DNA of 64,000 nt from Camelus dromedarius (taxonomy: Eukaryota), in assembly GCF_036321535.1 (NCBI RefSeq), contig NC_087452.1:46314001-46378000 (forward strand). Direction: 5' to 3'. Both the position numbers and the translations under genes were made by a program. The notes beneath the pieces were generated by a model, which worked only from the letters and a program-made list of their open reading frames with translations, was not told the origin of the DNA and did no database searches. Shown in pieces: positions 25,053 to 35,584 of this stretch; the first letter of the stretch is position 1; each line of letters starts with the position of its first letter.

Positions 25053-27441
25053 TCTTGAACTATCATTCTTAATTGGAAAAATAAACAGTTAAAAAAAGAA
25101 AAGATTTAAAAACTGTGCTGATAACTGAAATAGAGAACATTTTGCAGGTGTGCTGACTCCACAGACAGCAAGGAGGACTCATCATTTCGAGGTGGGGCGC
25201 TGCCTTGGAAAAAAGGCCAGGAATCCAAACATGGTGAGTGTCTGATACCAACCATAACTGGTTGCAAATAAGATGTCAGTCATGGAAGTGGCCCAAAGGT
25301 AAAAACGTGCTTTCTGGGAGCGAAAGCAAACAGACCAAAGACCACATTGTAGGCCCAGTGATTTCCAGTCTCTGACCCCGACAAAATCAGCAGTGATTTG
25401 GGGAAAGAAGTTTTATCTGTCTGACACTTTTAACAACATTGAGTCTTCAACAAGAATCTCTTGTGAGGCGTCTGCAAAGTAAAAGCCATATTTTTCAGAT
25501 CTGAAGAGTTTTCAGACATTACAGTTCTCCCCCAAAGAATAATTACTTAATTTGGGGCACTTAGGAAGAGTGAACCTACTGAGTCAAAAACAAAAACTAA
25601 AAAACTTTTAAGTCTGTGTCGTAGTGAAGTTTGCTCTTACACTCAAATCCTTTGCCCACGTGTCAATATACTAAACTAAATGGAAGATGGGTTTTTTAGG
25701 TAATGTAAGAGGTGGCTGTAAACAATCCTATTTCCTCTTACCTTATCACACATTAGTTCAACCATTTTGAGGCTTTAATTCCATAAAAATATGAGATCTG
25801 TGGGTTTTGTAGCACTGTTTAAAAGCCTAAATAAAAAGCCACTTGGCCTTTAAGCTAATTGTTTAAAAGTGTGTGTGTAGATGAACTGAAACTGAACTAC
25901 TGAGTCTGGAATTTGCAACTCATAAATCTTATCCTTGTAAACAAAACCTAACAAAATCAGGGCCCACTAATTTCCTTCTTTCGTAATCTGAAACAAAAGT
26001 TGTAATGATTTTTAATGTACACAAAACTAAGGGTTTTTTTTTAACCCTTGCTTATTTATTAGCAAACTCTAACTCCGTTTTTAAGAGTTTGGGATATAGA
26101 GACAGTTGAACATTCTGGTACTGCAATGTAAGAAAACATCCAAGAAGGAAAAAAGAAAAGAAAACATTCAAGAAGGACACAGTGGGATTTTATTCAACTG
26201 AAGGACTCAAATTTGTGTTAGGATTTTTTGTTTACAAGAACGTTTCTTCCTCATTCCATTAAAAACGTCCATCTCCATGTCCCCTTCAACATAAAACATG
26301 ATTTTAAAAAGCTCTCAGTCCACTTCAAGTACTCCGAAAGGTCCCATGGGGAACATGATGCCTATTTCTTCTAGACAAAAACCAAAGGTAAGTCTGCCCA
26401 CGGCCCTCCAATGATGTGGGCTCTCAGAGACTCCTCCTTTCATCGCAAATCCTCTCCAAGTCACCAAAGGGGAGGAGAGGGGCAGAAGATGTCAAAGACG
26501 AAGGGAATGTAAACTTATCCATATCTCACCACATCATCCCACAGATGAGGAGACTGAGGCCCAGCACCGTCCAAACACTCAAGTTACCAGACCCCAGAGG
26601 CAAATACTCAGTTATGCAGATCAGAGCTGCAAAATTTCTTTCAAGGTCTCAGGGGTTCAATACGTTCCATAACAAATCCTTAAGAGCTGAATTCCTGCCT
26701 TTTCCCCTCTCAAAACCCTCTAAAGGTCAAGATCAGGTGGGCAGGGGAGCCACGGTTTTAACCCTTCCGTTTCCACCACACATGCCTGCAGAGACCCTTC
26801 CAGGCCGGAAGGCGGGGTTGTCCTGCTCCAGGCAATCGTGCCCGGGACCTGGCACCTGGCACCTAGCGGGCACTCAGTAAATACTCCGCTTCCACCTGAC
26901 AAGCCCCACTCCCTGCTCCATCCACGCCAGTCGGCAGCGGAGCCAGACAACTTTCCTTTGGAAGTCGCTGCTTTTCTTGAAACTTTGGTACAGTAACTCC
27001 GGGCCAAGTCGCTGGCTCGGGGAGGCCTGTGGCCCTCGGCAGGAGCTGAGGAAGGGGTCCCCTGCCATTTCGGGGCGGCTGGGCCATCCCGGGTGGGGAC
27101 CCAGGTGTGCCCGCCGCTTGGAGGCCGCTCGGGCCGCGGCTCCTGCCTGCGCGGATCACCAACTTCTCAAACTTCCCTTTCCGGGGGTGGGGGTGCCCGG
27201 GACGCGGCGGGCACTGCGCCTTTCCTGCCCGCGCAAAGGGGGCCCCGCGCCCCCGGCCACTCTCCCGGAGACCTGCAAAGAAAAACGCACCCGTCCCCGC
27301 GTGGGGCAGGGGGCGCCGGGGCGCGGGCCGCGGGGCCACGTCCCGGCTTCCGCCCGCGCCCGCCGCCGGGGCCGACTGTCAGCGCAAGCCCGGCCGGGAC
27401 CCGCGGACCCCGGCGCCGCGCCGGGGCTGGGGGCCACTCAC

Positions 27442-27535
27442 CCGACTTGGGAACGTGCGGCGGGATGGTGCTGGCGATGCGCGTCCACAGGACGACGTGC
27501 AGCAGCCACAGGCCCCCGAGCAGCCCCCGGCCCAT
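27442..27535 (-). CDS. TGFBR2: TGFBR2 exon 1 coding part (94 nt; signal peptide, M1-S31)
   Basis: Strong Kozak CTGCCATGG at 27535; [31 protein letters not shown]; donor TCGG|GTGAGT at 27441. Confidence 0.98.
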
Positions 27536-27754
27536 GGCAGCCCCCGCCGCTCGGCATAGACCGGCCCGCGCGCGCCCGCGGCGCCTCCGCGCCGCGCCCT
27601 GGGGACCCCGCGCCGGGCGCCGGGCAGCGGTGCGGCCAGATGTGGCGCCGGCCGGCCGCGCGGAGGGGCCCCGGCGGCCGAGGGGAGCTGCGCGGGAGGC
27701 CGGCCCGGGCCCGGCGGGTGCGCGCGCGGCGTGTCGTCGGTCCCGGCGCGCGAG

Positions 27755-27761
27755 TGACTCA
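27755..27761. promoter_or_regulatory. AP-1 site TGACTCA in the 5' leader
   Basis: Perfect heptamer within the block GTGAGTCACTCGCGCG. Confidence 0.6.
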
Positions 27762-27779
27762 CGACTTCACCCGGGCGCC

Positions 27780-27802
27780 GCGGGGGAAACAGGAAACTCC
27801 TC
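27780..27802 (-). promoter_or_regulatory. Tandem ETS (GGAA) element, equivalent to PRE2 of the human TGFBR2 promoter
   Basis: Minus strand GAGGAGTTTCCTGTTTCCCCCGC, with GGAA cores at 27785-27788 and 27792-27795; matches the recalled human PRE2. Confidence 0.8.
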
Positions 27803-27827
27803 GCCAACAGCTGGGCAGGACCTCTCG

Positions 27828-27834
27828 CCGCCCC
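27828..27834 (-). promoter_or_regulatory. Proximal GC box (Sp1/KLF)
   Basis: GGGGCGG on the minus strand about 20-25 bp upstream of the inferred TSS. Confidence 0.6.
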
Positions 27835-27885
27835 GGAGCCTTCTCCCTGGGCTCGGCTCCCAGCCCTCGCCCTCCCTCGCAGCTG

Positions 27886-27890
27886 CCAAT
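27886..27890 (+). promoter_or_regulatory. Inverted CCAAT box (NF-Y)
   Basis: TGCCAATCA; ATTGG on the gene strand about 80 bp upstream of the inferred TSS, as in the human promoter. Confidence 0.75.
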
Positions 27891-27951
27891 CACGTCCCCG
27901 GGACCGGCCCCCCTCCGAGGACGGCGCTGGCAAACTTTCAGCGGCCCCTCG

Positions 27952-27957
27952 CCGCCC
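27952..27957 (-). promoter_or_regulatory. Distal GC box (Sp1)
   Basis: GGGCGG on the minus strand about 145 bp upstream of the inferred TSS. Confidence 0.55.
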
Positions 27958-28294
27958 TCGCGAGTTCCTGACTGTTTCCTGAGCGGAGGACGAAGCGCAC
28001 GCGTTTGAGAAAGTCACCGAACCCCTGAACGTAGAAAGTGGCCGCGCTTGCCCCCGCACCCAAAGCAGCACCCTCCCTCTCCCCCTCCCTCCCGCGTATT
28101 CTTAGCGCCTCACGGCAGTGTTGGCAAACGCCAAGTGGCGAGCCAAGCGTGGAGATGCTAAAACCTGAGTCGTGGGCTCGTTTTTTTCAAATAAAACGGT
28201 AAGTATTGCCCGCTTAAATCTTGGTTTCGGTTGTCCACACACACACACACCCTGTCCCCGCGGTGAAATGTTTTTCTTACTGGAGGTGGAAATC

Positions 28295-28410
28295 CGGAAG
28301 TTTGTTCTCAGACTTGAATGTGCCTGTGGACCACCTGAAAGTCTTGCTAAAACGCGGATTCTGATTCAGAACCCAAGAAGCAGCATTTCTGAAGAGCTCG
28401 GGTGGAGCCC
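28295..28410. mobile_element. MER5A-like fragment just upstream of the promoter
   Basis: TTCTCAGACTTGAATGTGC..CACCTG..CTTGCTAAAACGCGGATTCTGATTCAG. Confidence 0.55.
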
Positions 28411-29129
28411 CAAAGCCCTTTCTTCCTGCGGGTGACTCAGTGAGCAGTTGTAAAGGATTAAGGCATCCCACGAGGATGATGGCGGGAAGTGTTATCTTAA
28501 GAGTGTTATCAGGTGTGAAGGAGCCCCCTTTGCTCTTTCCCATGCATCTTGGTTGGATAATGACTTAACGTGCGCACCCTACTTCCAGCCCCCAAAGACT
28601 TAGATTTCGTACAGCCCTGTGGTCAAGACATCTTCCAGCAGGTTACACAATAAACTCCTTTATCTGAGAGAAAGCTTGTTTGCAGAGGCAGGTGGCCAGG
28701 CTTACTGGGAATAATGGCAAATAGCACTCCCAGTCCATCTAAGAGCTCTTTTGCTTGATCCTGGAACCTTAAGTCTTGTGATCATTGTCCCAACCCAGCG
28801 CCGACGCTTCCTCTCAATGGGTCCTTTAGGAAAAGACCACTTCCTAGTTCTTGAATTTAGGAGGCAGGAAGTGCGGTGAAATCACCAGGGCTGGGCATCT
28901 TCCTTCCCACCGACAGCCTTGACAAAAGCCACTTGAGTGATGGAGGAAAGTTGAGTTCAGAATCTCTTTCTCGCCGTTTCCGCTACAGCCACTGCCCGTG
29001 CCATGGCCATGCCTCCTGCAGGATGTCTCCCAACCACTCATCCCCAGTCAGGGCCTGTTTCCTAGGCCTTTTTAATCAATTTCGCTAGTCAGAGCTAAAG
29101 TCAGCTTTTCAAATGCAACCCTGATTATA

Positions 29130-29650
29130 CCAGCCCTTCTGTTAAAAATCATGTGATGGCTTCCTGCTGCTCTTGAGAAAGAAGATAGAAACCAGATCCT
29201 TTAACTGCCATCAGGCCCCCTCCTCTCTTGCAGCCTTCCCCTTGGGCTTCTCTTCTGCTGAGAGCCTGTCCAGATTTCTAGAAGGTACCCCTGGGTGCCT
29301 CCCGCACAGAGCCGTCCCCCGGGTAACTTCGCTGCCTCTGGCCTTCCTTGTCTCTTCACCCAGTGCACTCCTGGTCCCCCTTGGGTGAATCTGACTTCCT
29401 TGATGGGCAAGCTTTCTCTGAGTAGACATTTTATTATAGCTTCTCTTGGCACCATATGCCTCTCCTTTTTTAATACTTTCTACAGCTGTAGTTTTATAAC
29501 AATCTGCGTCATTCTTTCCTTTCCCTTCTCCCAGATGAAGTCCAAATTTCTTGAGGACAGAGATCTTTTCCTCTACTCACTTTTGTACCCCCAGGACCTA
29601 GCACATAGTAGGTGTTTACTAGATACTGGTTGGATGAATGAACGAAGGAG
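29130..29650 (+). mobile_element. L2 3' fragment
   Basis: Ends TCTTGAGGACAGAGA..CCTAGCACATAGTAGGTG..GGATGAATGAACGAA. Confidence 0.7.
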
Positions 29651-30121
29651 ATAATCAAGATTTGGAAGAAAATTGTAGCTAATCATTCTCATTATTTAAT
29701 AACTCAGGAAAAGGCATTCTATTACCTAATAAATGGAGATATAAACAGGCTAGATTTTAGCTGAGTAGGATATCACTATGACTACCTTTTCTTCAAAGTG
29801 GAGAAGTATGTGGTTTGGTTTTGTTTTTCCTTTTTTTCTAAATACACCCAAGTTCCTCTGGGCAGTATACATACACTTCTTTACTCCCTAGAACACACCG
29901 AGGCAAATAAATGCCCAGTTGGTACCAAAGGCCTTCTTTTCTGTATTTACTGCAAAGACAGATGTGTTACATTGTTAAGGCCACAGGTGTGAGGTATTTG
30001 ATTCCATGGTGGAATATTTAACTGAGGGACTCTGTCATCAGACAGGACTAATGTTGATTTTAATTTCGTTTGCCTTTAACATTTCTGATTTAATCCTCAA
30101 TCTCCCGTGAAATTGAGAGTC

Positions 30122-30516
30122 TGAATTCAGCACTGCCAAGTGCAAACTCGGCTTTTAGAAAGCATCACAAAGAAATCAGAGACACGAAAACTCATGCAGA
30201 TCACAGTTTGACGAACAAATGGGAGGATTATTCCAGTTACTTTGGGGAAGGGGCTGAGATTCTCAGGAATCAGGCAACCGTCCGCTTTTTGACCTTTTAT
30301 GGTCAGCCTGGGAACTGTCATGGCACCTGTGGGAGTGCCATTCACCATGTTAATATTACAATGAGCATATAATGAAGCTCAAGGTTTACTGGGAGTCAAA
30401 TCTCCCCCCATCTGGGGCCTCAGGGTCTACTGGGAGTTGACTCTTCTGCCATCTTGGTGTTAACTGCTGTGTCATTCCTTGAATGGCCGTGCCCTGGCCC
30501 CTTCCTTCCTGTTTCG
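30122..30516 (-). mobile_element. ERV-type solo LTR, sense to TGFBR2
   Basis: 5' part (GAAACAGGAAGGAAGGGGCCAGGGCAC..GGAATGACACAGC..CCAAGATGG) shared with the copy at 35210; CATAAAA TATA-like motif; ends ...TGAATTCA. No clear TSD. Confidence 0.6.
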
Positions 30517-30974
30517 TTGTGAAGCAGACCAGTAGTGAATTTGTGAGGGACACCCAACCCTTCAGGTCATCCAGGATGCCAGCTCCTCCAGGAAACATTT
30601 TGTGGTTCCTCCAGCCTAGTGTGATCCCTTCACTCCCCGAGGGAAAACCCAGGAACATTTAACTTATTTAACCTATATTTTTATGTTTGTCCCATGCTGA
30701 CGTGGAGTGTGCTATTGTTACTCACTTACTTTTTTGAAATTCTGCCCCAGCAATTGCAAAGTCCTTGAAAACCCAGATTGTTTTTTCAACTTGAACGCCA
30801 CTCCGTGCCCTACAGTATTTACTGTGTGTTTCTTGTCTTCGATGGAGGAAAAATTAAAATCTCTTTCCCTAATCCATTTCCTTGTTTTCTATTCTGCACA
30901 GGTATTAATAGAAACTGCAGTTGGGCCACATGTTTACAGAAAGCACAAATAGTTGCTTTTGGAAAAAACATAAG

Positions 30975-31172
30975 AACACACAGAGAAAAAGCTGCGTGAA
31001 GTCACAAGAAGAAGGCAGCCGTCTGCAAGACAAGTAGAGAGGCCTCAGGAGAAACCAGACCTGCTGACACCTTGACCTTGGACGTGCAGCCTCTGAAACG
31101 GTAAGAAGTAATTTCTGTTGTTTAAGCCGCGGAATCTGCGGTGTTTCGCCATGGCAGCCCCAGCAAACCAGC
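30975..31172 (+). mobile_element. MaLR LTR 3' half (MLT1A/B-like)
   Basis: GAAGGCAGCCGTCTGCAAG..GAGAGGCCTCAGGAGAAACCA..CCTGCTGACACCTTGACCTTGGAC..TTTCTGTTGTTTAAGCC. Confidence 0.8.
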
Positions 31173-31189
31173 CCGCCGCCTTCTTACAT

Positions 31190-32330
31190 GCTTATCTGGC
31201 AGTTCTTTCTCAATATCTTTACAGGTTTGCTTTCTTCCACTCATTGGTCAGTGCTTGTGCTCACCCACTTTGTTCTCTGCCTCTCCTCTCACTCCTCCTG
31301 GGGGCCACATCTGCTTCTGCGGCTTCACTGAGATATGATGATTCCAAATCTAATTGCCAAGCTCTGATTTCTCCCCTACGCTACAGTTGTTCCAGTTGTC
31401 TACTCAGCTCTTTTCATGGATGTTCCACTGGTACCACAGGCTCATTAAGCTTAAATTGGACTCCAGAATATCTGCCCCTGGGTACACTCCCCATATCAAA
31501 AAAAAAAGAGGCTCTATCTCCAATGGGTAACCCAAGCCAGAAACATAAAAACCATCTCTGAATTTGCCTCTCTCTTACCCTCCAGAACTAACTAGGCATT
31601 AGGGTCTATTATTACCGAGTCCAGGTTCATACTGCTCACCACTCGACAGGCCAGTAAATTGGTAGACGAGGTGGTGGGGCAAGGATTAGCGACTTTATTC
31701 AGAAAGCCAGCAGACTAGAAGTTGGGGGACTAATATCCCAGAGAACCATCTTCCCCATTCAGGCTCCTTTTATACTAAAAAAGGAGAAGATGTGGTTGTT
31801 GCAGACTTCTTGGTGCTGGGATCTTTTGTTCTTGCAGCTGTGTGAGTAGGTCCAGTCACAATGTCCCTGTAAACCTCCAACCAGACAAATGCTATTCTCT
31901 GTTCTGCAACTTTTTATCTCTATATGAATGGGAAAGTGTTATACCCTTAAAGGTCAGACCCTCGAGAATGAGCTGTCCTGTGTATTTCAGGCTCTAGGTG
32001 ACATTCTTTTACAAAAGGTGCAGAACCAGCGTGACTCAGCACAGAGGCAGAGCCAAAGGAACAGGTGTAATATGGAGTCAGCTCTGTTCTTTCCTCTTAC
32101 ACAGTTACTTCCTAAATATCTGTTGAGTCTGCTTGTTCTCATGGCCAGCAGTGACATTTTAGTGCTGTCTCTTATTTCACGTAGTAATACATCAGTTTCC
32201 TGATCTTCATACCTGAGTCTCACCCTTCCTACTCCATCCTTCATGGCTGCCACAATGTTCCCCTCTAGAAATAACAACCACATTAAAAATGATCCAGTGG
32301 CTTCCCATTGCCTTCAGGCTACGATATCAA
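31190..32330 (+). mobile_element. L2 fragment interrupted by the 31610-32101 LTR
   Basis: GATGATTCCAAATCT..TCTCCCCT..TGGATGTTCCAC..AGCTTAA..; resumes CTTCCTAAATATCT after the LTR. Confidence 0.6.
31610..32101 (-). mobile_element. ERV1-type solo LTR, sense to TGFBR2, inserted in L2
   Basis: Minus strand starts TGTAAGAGGAAAG..GACTCCATATTA, TATAAAA at 31768-31774, AATAAA at 31694-31699, ends GGACTCGGTAATA. Confidence 0.75.
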
Positions 32331-32959
32331 CCTACTCTCCATCCATTCATTCACTCAACCAGCATCTGATTCTCTACTGTGACCCAAATACCAGGTTAAG
32401 CACCGAAGATATGAGGACTCAGAGAACGTAATCCGAGCCTTAACTGAAGGGCATTCATTAGGCTTTGTTTATGATCTAATGTGAAACATAGATACGTAAA
32501 CAGATAACATTGGTAAATCTGATAATAGGATTGTCACAATGATGATGAGCTCGGGGTGCTACGGAAGCAGGCCCCAGAGGCCATTAACCCAGCCTGAGAG
32601 TCAGAGAAGTGGGGGGGGGAATGCCTTTTGAGCTGTATCTTGAAGGATGGTCAGGTGAAGGCGGGAGGAAGGATGTAATGGATACGCAGATCGGCCGTGT
32701 AAAGACAAGATGTGTGAGCTTGGAGTGGGTAAGAAAATGCACAGATTTCAGATGGCCTGGAGTAGAAATTGGAGAGGATTTTAGATTGGGTGTTTTGGCT
32801 CCAGTTCAGCTTCCCCCTCCCCGGAATTCATGGTCTTTGCCTTGTGTCTGTGTAGTTCCTCCCACTGGAATCAGGGTTCTCATTCAGCAAATACTAGCAT
32901 GGGGGTCTTTATCAGGGTGGGTGAGAGATGAGGAGGATAATAGAGCTGTAACTTAGATT

Positions 32960-33148
32960 TAATAGAGTGTAAATGCTACATAAATAGCTGTAAATACAAT
33001 GTAAATGCTATGTGAATAGTTGCTGGCAGCTTGGGAGAATTCAAGTGTTGCTTTCTAGAACTTTCTGGAATTTTTTTATGTCCTTTTCGTCTGTGATTGG
33101 TTGAAATCCTCAGATGTGGGATCTGTGGATGCAGAGGGCCGACTGCAC
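32960..33148. mobile_element. TcMar-Tigger (MER2/MER8-like) terminal fragment
   Basis: AATGTAAATGCTATGTGAATAGTTG..GGTTGAA..GGATGCAGAGGGCCGACTG terminus. Confidence 0.7.
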
Positions 33149-33654
33149 TTGCTTCCTTGGAGATGCTGTGCAACTTCACTCTCATTTTGACGTTATTTTC
33201 CAAGCTCCAAAATTATTCAACTGAGTAAATAGCTATTAACCAAATTACAAGACTTGAAAGTTAGAAACTTAATCAAACAGAAGTTATTACTTTAATCACA
33301 GCGAACTGTTCTAATGGTTCGTTTCACAAAAGTACAAACTCACTTAACAGTACAAGTTCAATGGCTTGAAAAAAATATATATATATATAGAGACAGAGTG
33401 AATTTATTTAGTTGGTGTCAGAGAAATGATAGTGACCATTTTAAGAGCTACATTGAATTTATCCTTTGAATCCATGGTATTACACAGCTCTGAACAGGTA
33501 ATGTGCATGTGTGCTAATTAGAACCAATGAATATGGTGAGATTTTCTGGTAAAAACTTTGTAGTCTAGTTAAAAATAGGTATTTGGATGGTAATGGTAGC
33601 ATTTAGGAAGCTTTTATCAAAAGACTCTACTTTTTGCCACTACTTAAGCCATCT

Positions 33655-33768
33655 TTTTTTGCTGCTGTTTTTTTGTTTCATTTTGTTTAATGGAGGTACT
33701 GGGGATGGAACCCAGGACCTCGTGAATGTTAAGCATGTACTCACCACTGAGCTATACCTCCTGTCCCC
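33655..33768 (-). mobile_element. Vic-1-like SINE (short-tail form)
   Basis: tRNA head match; degenerate TSD cttaagccatctt / cctgagccgtctc. Confidence 0.85.
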
Positions 33769-35209
33769 TACCTGAGCCGTCTCTTATCTTTGATCAAGTC
33801 CAGAGGGTTTGTTACTTGACAGAAAGGAGGTCAGAAATGAATTTTCAGGGATGAAATAACTGGTGTGCAGGATTTGTAGACTGGCTCGAAGGAGTGGAGC
33901 TCCGGGCCTAACCCAGTACCCCGTGTTCAGTCACTGTGGGAGCTTCTGACCCTTGATCTCAGATTAACTGAATTCTACTGCTAGAAAATTGTCGATTTCC
34001 TGGAGTGACTGTTTCCTGCAAAATACTTTCAGAATATCTGAAAGGACCCAGAGCAAAGTCTGCATCTTCCCACAGAGGAAGTCGATGCTGGTTTGTTAGT
34101 AAATGTTTGTGCATGGAGCAGAAGTCAGTCTGAGACCATCTTTCTTTGCTTAGTGTTCCCTGGTAGGGGGAAGGTAGTTCTCGCCCCTTTCTAGCTCCCC
34201 TCGTCTACCAAAGGTAACCAAATATTCGCCAATGACAAACTGGTCAGTTCCCAGCCGTGCTATAAACACAGAAACTTTAAATTAATGGCTAGGAACGACT
34301 GCAGAGACTGTTTCGAAACAAAACCCTTAGCCTGCGTGTATCGGGTGAAGAATTCCCAGTGTGCTACGTGCTCCTACATAATCATCTGGACAATCCTCGG
34401 AGGTTATTAATGATTAACGTGCTGAATCATGGGGAAAGCACGAGCCCCTGGTGCTGCAGGCATTTCAAAGGGCTGCCTCCTTCCTGAGGTTGCCAGTGGA
34501 CTCACTGGTTCCTGCCCGTTTAGAATTACCAAGGTAAATGCTTATCTCGAAGTCTCAGTGACATTACAGCCTCTGCCCTGTGGGGTCACACCCCACCTAA
34601 AGGCTATCGGAATGCCACCAGTTCTATGGGATTTCACAGGAAGTCGTTCCAAGCGGCTGCCTTTGAAATTTATCATTAACCATTCTGTCTCCACGCCCAA
34701 AACAAACTCTTGCAAAACAATGCAAACATTGAGCTCTTTTCGCAATACTTAATGTTCTGTTTGCCTGATTTACCTTTTATTATGGTCTACTTTTTTCATC
34801 TCAGCCGTCTACTCCCATGAAATGTCTCTGCCTCTTCTCTGGCAAACACCCATGTTCTCCAGGACATTTTTCTCTGACTAAGAAAACTAGATTATGGTTT
34901 TACTGCAGAACTTCTATACGTTTTCAAATCAGGTCCTCTGCCTAGATACTTTTTCAGAAAGATAACAATTCTGTACAGAAAATTCTACTTCTGAGTGAAG
35001 GGTAGCGGCTTTAGTCAGACCTAAAAAATAATATTGGTGTAGCATTTTTCAATTGGCAAAGGGTTTCTTGTAAAAGCCACCTGATGGAAGGCAGGCAGGA
35101 ATTATTATTAGAATTACCAAGGTAAATGCTTATCCATTCAACAGATGAAGAAATTGAGATTCCAAGATATCAGTGGCTTGTCCAAGGCTCCACATCCAGT
35201 CTGAGCCAG

Positions 35210-35345
35210 TGAGACAGGAGGGAAGGGGGCAGGGCACAGCCAGTCAAGGAATGACACAGCAATTAGCACCAAGATGGTGGGAGATTCAACTCCCAGTAGA
35301 CCTTGAGCTTCATTATACACTCATTGTAATACATTGTAATACACA
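35210..35345 (+). mobile_element. 3'-truncated LTR, same family as 30122-30516, inside a MIR
   Basis: TGAGACAGGAGGGAAGGGGGCAGGGCACAGCC..GGAATGACACAGC..ACTCCCAGTAGACCTTGAGCTTCATTATA. Confidence 0.65.
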
Positions 35346-35584
35346 GCTCACACCTGACTCTGGCTCTGGTCCCTTACCTCAAGCCCCACCTCGACCAAGG
35401 TGATAGCTGCCAGCACACGCTTGGGGAAGACATGACCTGTGCTCACTGCAGATTCAGCCCTCCTACCAAAGCCACTGGGCACATGCAGATTGTATAGGGA
35501 CATTCCAAAGCATGGATGCTCCTTCAAGATCAGATTCAATAACTGTTTCACCTAATTTCATAGAGTCAGGGAAAGTTAAGTAAA

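Larger units (their letters stand above)
1..27810 (-). other. TGFBR2: TGFBR2 gene, 5' part (exons 1-3); intron 1 = 2947-27441, intron 2 = 1336-2777, intron 3 runs off the left edge
   Basis: Three exons splice in frame (phases 1, 2, 1) into [55 protein letters not shown]...[16 protein letters not shown], the TbRII N-terminus. TSS is approximate. Confidence 0.98.
27536..27810 (-). other. TGFBR2: TGFBR2 5' UTR (TSS approximate, ~27807-27850)
   Basis: GC-rich leader colinear with the recalled human leader (GTGAGTCACTCGCGCGC, CCACATCTGG, GGTCTATG...CTGCCATG). TSS inferred from CCAAT/GC-box/ETS spacing. Confidence 0.75.
26900..28150. promoter_or_regulatory. CpG island / TATA-less TGFBR2 promoter
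   Basis: Very high GC and CpG density around exon 1 compared with the CpG-poor flanks; no TATA box near the inferred TSS. Confidence 0.93.

Noticed and set aside
27886-27896. CCAAT directly adjoining CACGTC as an ERSE/UPRE/HRE composite
   Set aside because: Spacing and sequence fit neither ERSE (CCAAT-N9-CCACG), ERSE-II nor UPRE; a lone ACGTG is uninformative.
26863-28071. Long overlapping ORFs on both strands (343, 292, 230, 158, 150 aa)
   Set aside because: Low-complexity R/G/P/A translations expected from stop-codon depletion in a CpG island; only 27442-27535 matches a known protein.
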